Shown here: positions 16,652 to 23,827 of the stretch, piece by piece | How positions within the stretch are numbered: position 1 is the stretch's first letter | How the letters are laid out: the number at the start of each line of letters is the position of its first letter | Assembly: GCA_964494415.1 (NCBI GenBank) | Contig: CAZBRC010000001.1 | Location: forward strand, 1 to 36,746 | Direction: 5' to 3' | Length of the DNA: 36,746 nt | Source: an uncultured Candidatus Saccharibacteria bacterium | GTDB taxonomy: Bacteria; Patescibacteriota; Saccharimonadia; Saccharimonadales; OMJO01 | Position numbers and translations under genes: made by a program | Notes under the pieces: model-generated | The model's database searches: none | What the model was told of the DNA's origin: nothing | The model's input: the letters and a program-made list of their open reading frames with translations, nothing else

Positions 16652-17329
16652 TTATACAATCAGGTGTGATTGTAAAGCTGTAGCGGTATCAGAGGTGCTG
16701 AAACCGACGTCTGCTAGCTCGAAATCACCAATTCGTGTGCGACGTAAGTCGGTCATATAGGCGCCGGTGCCTAATTTGGTGCCGATATCTTCAACCAAAG
16801 AACGAATATAGGTGCCTGAGGATACATCAGCCGTGAACTTTACAATTGGGTATTCGTATTTCACATCTGTAATCGAATCAATTTGTATGGTGCGAGGCTC
16901 CAGTTTTATGGTTTTACCTTGGCGAGCCAGCTTGTAGGCTCTCTGGCCGTCCACCTTGATGGCCGAGAACTGGGGCGGTGTTTGTTGGCTTTCACCCACA
17001 AAACTGCGTATAGCGGCTTCTACAGCGCTCTGGGAGGGTTTTTTAGGTGACACATCTGTCTTGTCGCCTTCTTCGTCGCCAGTTGTGCTGGTTTGGCCAA
17101 GTTTCATGGTTACTTCGTAGGTTTTGTCGAGTTTTGTAAATTCCTGGGCACGCTTGGTGTAACTACCCACTACTATCACCAGTAAGCCGGTCGCCAACGG
17201 ATCAAGCGTACCGCAGTGTCCCACCTTAGGCTTAGTCACTCCAGCTTGTCGCAGCAGCCCGCGAACTTTGGCAACCACATCAAACGATGTCCAGCCAGCT
17301 GGTTTATCAATAAGTAGAATGCCGTCCAT
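16652..17329 (-). CDS. truB: tRNA pseudouridine-55 synthase TruB (short form without a C-terminal PUA domain)
   Basis: MDGILLIDKPAGWTSFDVV...GHCGTLDPLATGLLVIVVG carries the catalytic Asp motif. At 225 aa it is much shorter than the ~300-aa E. coli and B. subtilis enzymes. Confidence 0.9.
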   Translation of the reverse strand: MDGILLIDKPAGWTSFDVVAKVRGLLRQAGVTKPKVGHCGTLDPLATGLLVIVVGSYTKRAQEFTKLDKTYEVTMKLGQTSTTGDEEGDKTDVSPKKPSQSAVEAAIRSFVGESQQTPPQFSAIKVDGQRAYKLARQGKTIKLEPRTIQIDSITDVKYEYPIVKFTADVSSGTYIRSLVEDIGTKLGTGAYMTDLRRTRIGDFELADVGFSTSDTATALQSHLIV

Positions 17330-17390
17330 GGCTTACATCCTACCCTAAAACGAACCAACTGTGCGTAACTACCTTGCCATTTACGGCTAT

Positions 17391-19217
17391 TTACGGCTGC
17401 GGGAACAACGGGTTGCCGGTTGGTGGGGTTGGAGCTGGCGGTGGTGGTAAATTGTCGTCCTGTGGTGGGGTTGCCGGCTGACTGGGCGAAACCACCGGAC
17501 CATTTGGCGGCATCGTCAACCCAGCGGCTGATGCGGGTGTTGGTGGCATCATGGGCGGTGGCACCAGGGGTGGTGCGCTGGCCTGGTTGGGGCTGGCTGT
17601 CTGATCTACCGGACTGGCGGGTGGCACAATGCTGACAGGCAGGCCGTCTGCAACACTATTTTGACTGTCGGCAAAATCTTGCTGTAAACCAGCCGTGTAG
17701 ACGTCGGGGCCAGCCGGAGCTGGCGGAGTTGGTGATACTGGCGGAGCGGGGCTGTCCAAATCGATATGCTGAGCGTTTAGGGATGCGAACGGCTGTAATG
17801 GTCCTGGGGTGGTACTAACGGCATTGGAGACTGCTTCGCGGGCTCGATCAACGTGTGAAGAGTCGGCTTGCAGATGTGGGCTGTGTACCGACTGTTCTAG
17901 GTCAGTAAGCGAAGCACCTGGCCCGGGAGCCAGGGGTTCATCGTGCACATCTTCATCCTCGTCGGTGGTGCTACTGGGTGGTAGTTTGTGATTCAGGAGT
18001 GGTTGGCCAGCAGGATTAACATCGGTAGTAAGCGGGTCAACTGGCGTATTGTTGGCATTACCAATGCTTGGTGGTTGATCAAGCGGGGCTGGCGCTGGCG
18101 CACCACCAGTTGTCACCTGGCTGGCGGTATCTTTAGCAGCCGTTTGTTCGTGTTCTCGAGCAAGTTCAGAGGCGTATTTTAGGGTACCTTCATCATCAAT
18201 GTGGACTTGCTCCACATCGTCTTCCTCTTCTTCGGCATTGAGAATTTGGTTAATTGAGTCGGTAGCTTTGTCGTCATGGCTAATAGACAGTGCACCATCA
18301 TCTTTGACAGGCTTTGGTAGTTCGGCTGGTTTGGCAGAGCTCAGCGGTTTTGGTGCAATCATCCCATTATTGGGTGCGGGGATGCTCTTCTCTTTTGGAT
18401 GCTGCGCGGCGTTAGCTTCTACCGAACCTTTTGGTACCCGGAACGAATCATCTTGCGGTGGTTTTGGCGGTGGTGGCGGTGGCGCCAACTTGGTGGCGAC
18501 GAGCTGCTGGTTAGCACCGGATGTCATTAATTTCGAACTTATGGCCATAGCCGTAGATGACGTCTTGGCGTTACTGAAGCGTTCGGTTTCGGCCACAATA
18601 CCGGTTAAGAAGGCGGTTGCCATCTGTCCGTCGATAGCATCGGCCTGGAGTGATTCGGCAATGCCATAGGCCAGCTCACACAAGCTACTGACATTTGGAT
18701 CTTGCCAGTTGATAGCACCGATATCGGTGTTAGCTTGGGTGTTGACGGTGATAACCGTAGCATCATGCAAAATGCGGCCGTGCGCGGTAATGGCTTGGTC
18801 AAGTTCTTCCCTTTTTTGGACACCTAAGGCCAGTACAGCATCAACATTGAAGTCGCCGTGACTAAATTCTAAGTCGGCTTCACCAATCGAGGTGTGATAC
18901 GGAGTAATAAAGATTTTGACGAGTTTATCCTCGACTTTATAGCGCAGTTTGTCAGCTTTGGATTTGTCGAGGGCAATGATGAAATCACGCAGGCTGTCGG
19001 TGTTTTTCTCGATGGTTTTCTCTGGCTGTAGAAACTCGATGGTTGAAGGAATTTGGCCACTAAATACAGTAGTGGCGTGCTTGTTGAGCTTGTTGAGAAA
19101 CAGCGTCAGGGCAATCGCCGCCGCCAATTGATCAACTGACGGGTTATTACTAACCGTCACCAAGACGTTGTTTGCGCTGCGCAGGCGCTCGATAGCCTGT
19201 TGTTTTGGGTTTTCCAT
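17391..19217 (-). CDS. DHH/DHHA1-family (NrnA-like) domain with degenerate catalytic motifs, fused to a ~350-aa proline-rich disordered C-terminal region
   Basis: The N-terminal ~270 aa follow the NrnA layout (VLVTVSNNPSVDQLAAAIALTLFL ... IIALDKSKADKL ... VITVNTQ ... FLTGIVAETERF). The track ORF starts at a GTG at 19268. I prefer the ATG at 19217 (MENPKQQAIERL), which leaves a 113-nt divergent promoter region. The C-terminal half is Pro/Ala/Ser-rich (PPPPPPKPP, PAPPVSPTPPAP). Confidence 0.75.
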   Translation of the reverse strand: MENPKQQAIERLRSANNVLVTVSNNPSVDQLAAAIALTLFLNKLNKHATTVFSGQIPSTIEFLQPEKTIEKNTDSLRDFIIALDKSKADKLRYKVEDKLVKIFITPYHTSIGEADLEFSHGDFNVDAVLALGVQKREELDQAITAHGRILHDATVITVNTQANTDIGAINWQDPNVSSLCELAYGIAESLQADAIDGQMATAFLTGIVAETERFSNAKTSSTAMAISSKLMTSGANQQLVATKLAPPPPPPKPPQDDSFRVPKGSVEANAAQHPKEKSIPAPNNGMIAPKPLSSAKPAELPKPVKDDGALSISHDDKATDSINQILNAEEEEDDVEQVHIDDEGTLKYASELAREHEQTAAKDTASQVTTGGAPAPAPLDQPPSIGNANNTPVDPLTTDVNPAGQPLLNHKLPPSSTTDEDEDVHDEPLAPGPGASLTDLEQSVHSPHLQADSSHVDRAREAVSNAVSTTPGPLQPFASLNAQHIDLDSPAPPVSPTPPAPAGPDVYTAGLQQDFADSQNSVADGLPVSIVPPASPVDQTASPNQASAPPLVPPPMMPPTPASAAGLTMPPNGPVVSPSQPATPPQDDNLPPPPAPTPPTGNPLFPQP

Positions 19218-19294
19218 GGTTTTGGGTTTTAGTTTTTCTTCCCTGTTGGCCAGCGTATCATAAACCACAAGCGTTGTCTACCCCGTCCCAACCC

Positions 19295-19323
19295 TTTACA
19301 GAGACAACATCTTAGTGTATAGT
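19295..19323 (+). promoter_or_regulatory. sigma70-type promoter TTTACA-17-TATAGT for rpsT; predicts a leaderless mRNA
   Basis: -35 at 19295-19300, 17-nt spacer, -10 at 19318-19323, then 7 nt (cgggcga) and the ATG at 19331. No SD. Confidence 0.55.
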
Positions 19324-19330
19324 CGGGCGA

Positions 19331-19714
19331 ATGCCAATTATAAAATCTGCCAAGAAACGCGTCCGCCTAGCTAAACAGGCTACGGTTCGCAATGTTCGCA
19401 CCAAGCGAACCATGAAAAGTGCCGTTAAAACCTTCCAGGCTAGCCTGGACAAGGGTGGTGCTAAAGCTGCCGATGCCTACCGCGAAGCTCAGAGTGCTGT
19501 TGCGCAAGCCGGTAAGAAAAATGTCTTGCACAAGAATAAAGTTGCCCGTAAACAGCGACAACTTGCTGCTCAAGCCAAGGCTAACGGTGTTAAAGTTGCC
19601 GGGACAGCCAAGGCTAAACCAGCTGCAAAGACTGCTGCAAAACCGGCTGCTAAAAAGTCTGTTGCTAAAAAGCCAGTCACTAAAAAACCAGCTGCCAAGA
19701 AAACTACTAAGTAG
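19331..19714 (+). CDS. rpsT: 30S ribosomal protein S20 with a Lys/Ala-rich C-terminal extension
   Basis: MPIIKSAKKRVRLAKQATVRNVRTKRTMKSAVK is the S20 N-terminus. At 127 aa it exceeds the usual length of about 87 aa. The tail reads AKAKPAAKTAAKPAAKKSVAKKPVTKKPAAKKTTK. Confidence 0.9.
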   Translation: MPIIKSAKKRVRLAKQATVRNVRTKRTMKSAVKTFQASLDKGGAKAADAYREAQSAVAQAGKKNVLHKNKVARKQRQLAAQAKANGVKVAGTAKAKPAAKTAAKPAAKKSVAKKPVTKKPAAKKTTK

Positions 19715-20651
19715 TCGCTGCCCTGCTTAATTCCAGAATAAACTGACTGACGACATCGTCGGCGTTGAGGGTTTTGGATTTGAGATCCACATCAAGCTTT
19801 AATAAACGCTGCACTAACTTTTTGAGTTGAGTCTGGCTAAGACGCTGGGCGACTGCGCGACTTTTGCGTACTACGTATGGGTTTATACCGGCGTCTTTCG
19901 CAATGGTTGAATCGTCGCGGCCCTTGCCGGCTTGGACGACAGCCACAATGTGGATTTGCCAGGCCAGCATGCCCACGATGGCCAACGGTTCTACCTTTTG
20001 CTGGCGCTGAGCCTGGTATAGCGCCATAGCTTTTTGTGGCCGGCCGGCAAAGGCCGCGTCTAATAATTCGAACATGGTGCCCTGCGCCGACAGGTCAGTC
20101 AGCAATCTAATACTATCTTTTGTAATGTGTGGATTGTAGGCGACTAACTTCGTTATTTCGCTATACAGCTGCTGTTGGTCCAGACCAACTCTATCGACGA
20201 GTAACTGACTGTCAGATGAACTGATGGTGCCGTCTTTTTCCTTAACTAGCTCTGTTATCCACCTCGCCAACTGGCGGCCATCGAGCGTATCACATTGAAT
20301 AAATTTTGTATTCGATTTGAGGTATTTGTAATAGCTGGTCCGTTTATCAAGTTTGGGCTCAAGCAAAACCAAGTCGGTTGTGTCTGCAATATCTTCGAGT
20401 AGTTTTTGTGGTGATTCTGCAAAGGCTTTGAGCGCACTACCACTCCGAACGATAACGAGTTTGTCTTGAGAAAATAGTGACAAGCCGCTGACACTATCGC
20501 GTAGCTGCTCATAGTTTGTAGCTTCTCCGTCGAGGCGCTCGACCGCCATATGGTCATGGTTGTGCGCCGCCAAAAAAGCCTCCACGATTGCTTCTAGCTG
20601 CTGCAGCCGCAGGAAATCATTCTCACCCGTTATTGTCGTTATGGTACTCAT
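19707..20651 (-). CDS. holA: DNA polymerase III delta subunit
   Basis: HolA-like layout of ~314 aa (LSLFSQDKLVIVRS, LVLLEPKLDKRTSYYK, FELLDAAFAG, and a C-terminal helical domain). I place the start at the ATG at 20651, which overlaps the mutM stop as ATGA. The track's 344-aa version extends into mutM. The 3' end overlaps the rpsT 3' end by 8 nt in convergent orientation. Confidence 0.8.
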   Translation of the reverse strand: MSTITTITGENDFLRLQQLEAIVEAFLAAHNHDHMAVERLDGEATNYEQLRDSVSGLSLFSQDKLVIVRSGSALKAFAESPQKLLEDIADTTDLVLLEPKLDKRTSYYKYLKSNTKFIQCDTLDGRQLARWITELVKEKDGTISSSDSQLLVDRVGLDQQQLYSEITKLVAYNPHITKDSIRLLTDLSAQGTMFELLDAAFAGRPQKAMALYQAQRQQKVEPLAIVGMLAWQIHIVAVVQAGKGRDDSTIAKDAGINPYVVRKSRAVAQRLSQTQLKKLVQRLLKLDVDLKSKTLNADDVVSQFILELSRAATT

Positions 20652-21526
20652 TTCTTTGGCGCCTTCTGGCAGTGTGGACAGGTGTGAGTGCCTCGCCCTG
20701 CAACGCGTGACTTGATTATTACTTCTCCACAGCGTGGGCACGTCTGACCATCTCGTCGAAACACCCGGGCAAAGTCAATATAACTACCCCGTTTCCCCTC
20801 GGCATTCACGTAATTTCTATCGGTAGAGCCGCCTTTTTCGATACTTAAGCGCAGCACAAATTGCAGCTCTGTAAACAGCGTGTTGAGCTTGGTCACAGAA
20901 ACATCTTTAACAAGGGTTGCGGGATGAATTTTGGCTCCCCATAGACTCTCGTCGGCGTAAATATTGCCGACTCCGGCGATAACGGTTTGATCTAGCAGGG
21001 CTGCCTTGATAGTCGTGTTCTGGCGTCGGGCTAAACGCTGGCGGAAAGCTGCAGCCGTAAAGTCATCAGCCAGTGGTTCTGGCCCAACCCTTTGAAAGAA
21101 GTCGATATTGGGCACTTCTGGTGTAGGAATCAGTTTAACCCAACCAAACTTGCGTTGATCGTTAAAGAATAATTGGCTGCCATCTGTAAATGTAAAGGTA
21201 ACGCGGGTGGATCTATCTGGTAGGTCAGCAATTAAACTATCATTAGGGTGCCCTGCTCCCCAGCGTTGCTCTGCATCTTTATATACAAGCTGCCCCGTCA
21301 TCTTAAGGTGAATCACTAGGGTGTAATTACTGCTCAGCTCTATAAGCAAGACTTTGGCACGACGCCTGACAGCAGTAATTGAGGCCTGTTTGAGGAATCG
21401 TTCTACATCAGCTGGCGCATTGGGAAACGACTTTTCGGTATCACTCTGCACCATAGCCAGCGTCTTGCCCACAACTAAACGTTGTAAGCCCATGCGCACC
21501 GTTTCAACTTCTGGCAATTCTGGCAT
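20648..21526 (-). CDS. mutM: formamidopyrimidine-DNA glycosylase (Fpg/MutM)
   Basis: N-terminal MPELPEVETV with catalytic Pro2/Glu3, an H2TH region, and an intact C-terminal C4 zinc finger CPRCGEVI...CPHCQ. Confidence 0.9.
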   Translation of the reverse strand: MPELPEVETVRMGLQRLVVGKTLAMVQSDTEKSFPNAPADVERFLKQASITAVRRRAKVLLIELSSNYTLVIHLKMTGQLVYKDAEQRWGAGHPNDSLIADLPDRSTRVTFTFTDGSQLFFNDQRKFGWVKLIPTPEVPNIDFFQRVGPEPLADDFTAAAFRQRLARRQNTTIKAALLDQTVIAGVGNIYADESLWGAKIHPATLVKDVSVTKLNTLFTELQFVLRLSIEKGGSTDRNYVNAEGKRGSYIDFARVFRRDGQTCPRCGEVIIKSRVAGRGTHTCPHCQKAPKK

Positions 21527-21549
21527 CGCCGACTACACCTCCGTTATTG

Positions 21550-21578
21550 TTTATTCGCTCTGTACAGACCAGTATACT
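21550..21578 (+). promoter_or_regulatory. putative promoter (weak -35 TTTATT, 17-nt spacer, -10 TATACT); predicts a leaderless mRNA for the 77-aa ORF
   Basis: TATACT at 21573-21578 is followed by 6 nt (gagttc) and the ATG at 21585. No SD. Confidence 0.4.
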
Positions 21579-21584
21579 GAGTTC

Positions 21585-21818
21585 ATGGATTCCATTAAAG
21601 ATATGCTTACTCCGGACCGCTTTGCTAAACCAGACGAGATTGCCGCAATTAAGCAATACGTTCAGGACCGCTACAAAGCAGAGGTAGAAGTACTGATTCG
21701 CAGCAAGGATATCGTGATCATTACTGGCAGCGCGGGCCTAGCCAACAGCTTGAGGCTAGAACTCCCGCAACTTCAAAAAGCCGCTGGAACTGACAAGAAA
21801 CTACTCTTTCGGATCTAA
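21585..21818 (+). CDS. small protein (77 aa), possibly DUF721/DciA-like
   Basis: The track ORF 21354..21818 overlaps mutM. Its in-frame ATG at 21585 lies just downstream of the -10 box. AEVEVLIRSKDIVIITGSAGLANSLRLELPQLQKAAGTDKKLLFRI resembles the DUF721 pattern as I remember it: a beta-hairpin of alternating hydrophobics, then a helix A..eLr.....l, then a final hydrophobic strand. This is a by-eye match only. Confidence 0.5.
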   Translation: MDSIKDMLTPDRFAKPDEIAAIKQYVQDRYKAEVEVLIRSKDIVIITGSAGLANSLRLELPQLQKAAGTDKKLLFRI

Positions 21819-21832
21819 GACTACTTTTAATA

Positions 21833-22066
21833 TTACGAAGCTAAACGGGTTTGGGCAGGAGCCGCCTGGCTACTTACCCACTGGTCGGAATAGCCCTGCC
21901 CACGATCAATGCCCACAAGATCATCTGGTCGAGCTGGCTCTTCACTGGGAGGATAAGCAGTAATATCAATTTCGGCACCTAAGGCACCGACCACACCAAT
22001 CATAAACAAATCGCGGTCAACACTATAAAGTTTTTGGATTTCTGGATCACCTAATTGCTCGGCCAT
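21833..22066 (-). CDS. hypothetical protein (77 aa)
   Basis: ATG at 22066 is preceded by AAGGAAacaaag. It has its own consensus promoter (next feature). No motif recognised. Confidence 0.55.
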   Translation of the reverse strand: MAEQLGDPEIQKLYSVDRDLFMIGVVGALGAEIDITAYPPSEEPARPDDLVGIDRGQGYSDQWVSSQAAPAQTRLAS

Positions 22067-22104
22067 CTTTGTTTCCTTGTTGGTGTTAATTACTTACAAA
22101 ATCC

Positions 22105-22133
22105 AGTGTAGCTCCGTGATACACATCTGTCAA
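22105..22133 (-). promoter_or_regulatory. sigma70-type promoter TTGACA-17-TACACT
   Basis: Minus-strand -35 TTGACA (22133..22128), 17-nt spacer, -10 TACACT (22110..22105). About 39 nt upstream of the ATG at 22066. Confidence 0.5.
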
Positions 22134-22186
22134 GTCCCTTATGCTTAGTCAGTTTTTTACTGATTTTTTATATCACGTGCGGTATA

Positions 22187-22759
22187 TTATTGACTCATTT
22201 TGGCCAATAGCTCGCTTTTAAGTTGTGTCAGATCATGGTACAAAATCGCCTGCCAACCAGCTGCTAGCGCGCCGTCAATGTTAGGCTGGGAGTCGTCAAT
22301 CATTACGCACTGATTCGCCGGCACACTGAGGCGCTCGGCTGTGATTTCATACATCTCTGGGTCAGGCTTGGCGTAACCGACTTCGTACGAAAACACCATA
22401 GTGTCAAAGAGTTGTTGCTCATCGGCCGTTAAAAACTCATCCCGGATCCACCCCGTACCGACATTACTCAAGATAGCGATTTTATACTGTTGTTTCAGCG
22501 TTTGGATGAACACAAATAATGGTTCATTCTTAGGTCGTATGGTTTTTTGCAAGAAGACATCATCTAGTTCTCGGTCACTGGCACCAGAGAGTTCGGCCAC
22601 CTGTTTTTGGAAATCTGAATAGCTAATCAGGTGCTTATCGAAAGCAGTATGTATATCACGTATGGCTTGAACCTTGTCGGCGGGCTGGGCGGCAATAAAC
22701 TCTTTCCACTTGTCGCTTGTAAGAACCCCAAAGCAGTCAAAAACGATTGCTCGAATCAT
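22187..22759 (-). CDS. HAD-superfamily hydrolase
   Basis: Motif I IVFDCFGVLTS, motif II ILSNVG, and motif IV CVMIDDSQPNIDGA. Confidence 0.8.
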   Translation of the reverse strand: MIRAIVFDCFGVLTSDKWKEFIAAQPADKVQAIRDIHTAFDKHLISYSDFQKQVAELSGASDRELDDVFLQKTIRPKNEPLFVFIQTLKQQYKIAILSNVGTGWIRDEFLTADEQQLFDTMVFSYEVGYAKPDPEMYEITAERLSVPANQCVMIDDSQPNIDGALAAGWQAILYHDLTQLKSELLAKMSQ

Positions 22760-22802
22760 TCCCCTACTATACCAGGTGTGTCCGCCCTCAGTTTTAGGTC
22801 CG

Positions 22803-23384
22803 TTAGATGCCGATGCCAGATGTCAGTTTAGAGTAGTCAGGGATCTGCGCCTTAAATAAGGACAACATGAGAGCGGTTCGGCCGCCAAAGTTTCCCATAT
22901 TGCCACAACTAGCTGACCAACGCTGGCTGATGCGTTCCTGATTATCAAACACCTCAAAGATGTAGCGGCTGCCCTGCGGACACATGCCGTAGTAGTTGGC
23001 TGAGCGACGGTCGAGCGTTTTATCGAAGCCACCGTTCTGCAAGGCGTATAGGAAGTCGTTGTAGGCGTCTTTATTGCTGCCAAAGCCATAGGTGCCAAGA
23101 CTGGTGTACTGATACCCCTGAAAAATGTCGAGATTGTTCTGATCTTGGGCGACAGTAATCCGAATCATGCGGTGATTCTGGTCGGCGTTAACTGGACCAT
23201 CGATAGTTAAGCGCACATAAGAGCTGTCGTTATTGTACTGAGAGATACTTTTGGGCAGATTGGCGGTTGTTTTGTTAGTTTTAACATTCTTGGGGCTACC
23301 GCTGCCACGAAAAATCAGCAGTCCTAACAAAAATAGCAGGACCACCACCAGAAATATAACTAGATATCGTGTTCTCTCGTACAT
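22803..23384 (-). CDS. hypothetical membrane-anchored protein (N-terminal TM helix, extracytoplasmic domain)
   Basis: MYERTRYLVIFLVVVLLFLLGLLIF is followed by a polar domain containing two Cys. No motif recognised. Confidence 0.65.
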   Translation of the reverse strand: MYERTRYLVIFLVVVLLFLLGLLIFRGSGSPKNVKTNKTTANLPKSISQYNNDSSYVRLTIDGPVNADQNHRMIRITVAQDQNNLDIFQGYQYTSLGTYGFGSNKDAYNDFLYALQNGGFDKTLDRRSANYYGMCPQGSRYIFEVFDNQERISQRWSASCGNMGNFGGRTALMLSLFKAQIPDYSKLTSGIGI

Positions 23385-23398
23385 AACTTAACAGAGGT

Positions 23399-23427
23399 AT
23401 AATACCATATAGGTATGTCTTTTTCAA
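23399..23427 (-). promoter_or_regulatory. sigma70-type promoter TTGAAA-17-TATTAT with a very short leader
   Basis: Minus-strand -35 (23427..23422), 17-nt spacer, -10 (23404..23399). The ATG at 23384 lies 14 nt downstream of the -10, with no SD. Confidence 0.45.
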
Positions 23428-23428
23428 G

Positions 23429-23827
23429 CTAGCTTATGCGGAGTTCTTTGAATCCAGTTTCGTGGTCTAAGTGACGGTCAAATGTCAGCTTTTCTTCGAT
23501 TCCCAAGACTAGTTCTGCGGTTGGGTCAACGATGGCTTCTTTAAGATGGCCGCCCACTACCTTACCCTGTTCGTCGGCGAACGAAATGTGAAGATGGCAA
23601 CCGTTGCTTGATACTGTTCCAACCAAAGAAACTATTTCAAAGTGCCCCTTGTACTGGCGAATGTCTTGCTTACTAGGAGTGGCTCCAGCCATACGACAAA
23701 TCACTTCTGTCATTCCACCGACACAGGTAATGATGTAGCCGGCCGTGATATTGTGTGCCCTGGCAAGTTTTGTGAGCTGAGACTTAAGTTCTGTACCGGG
23801 CGTGAAACGGGTAACAATAGTCTTCAC
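23429..23827 (-). CDS. PPC (DUF296) domain protein
   Basis: ITAGYIITCVGGMTEV...FEIVSLVGTVSSNGCHLHISFADEQGKVVGGHL matches the PPC/DUF296 beta-sandwich pattern. The track start is a TTG at 23839. A GTG at 23827 overlaps the polA stop as GTGA, and I prefer that start. Confidence 0.75.
   Translation of the reverse strand: MKTIVTRFTPGTELKSQLTKLARAHNITAGYIITCVGGMTEVICRMAGATPSKQDIRQYKGHFEIVSLVGTVSSNGCHLHISFADEQGKVVGGHLKEAIVDPTAELVLGIEEKLTFDRHLDHETGFKELRIS

Noticed and set aside
18199-18669. 156-aa plus-strand ORF
   Set aside because: It lies antisense to the linker and tail of the DHH-family gene. Its Ser/Gly-rich content mirrors the Pro/Ala-rich sense frame.
22147-22172. TCAGT-TTTTT-ACTGA followed by TTTTTT, resembling a plus-strand intrinsic terminator
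   Set aside because: The stem has only 5 A/T-rich bp. No plus-strand gene ends nearby, as both flanking genes are on the minus strand, and read on the minus strand the hairpin has no U-tract.
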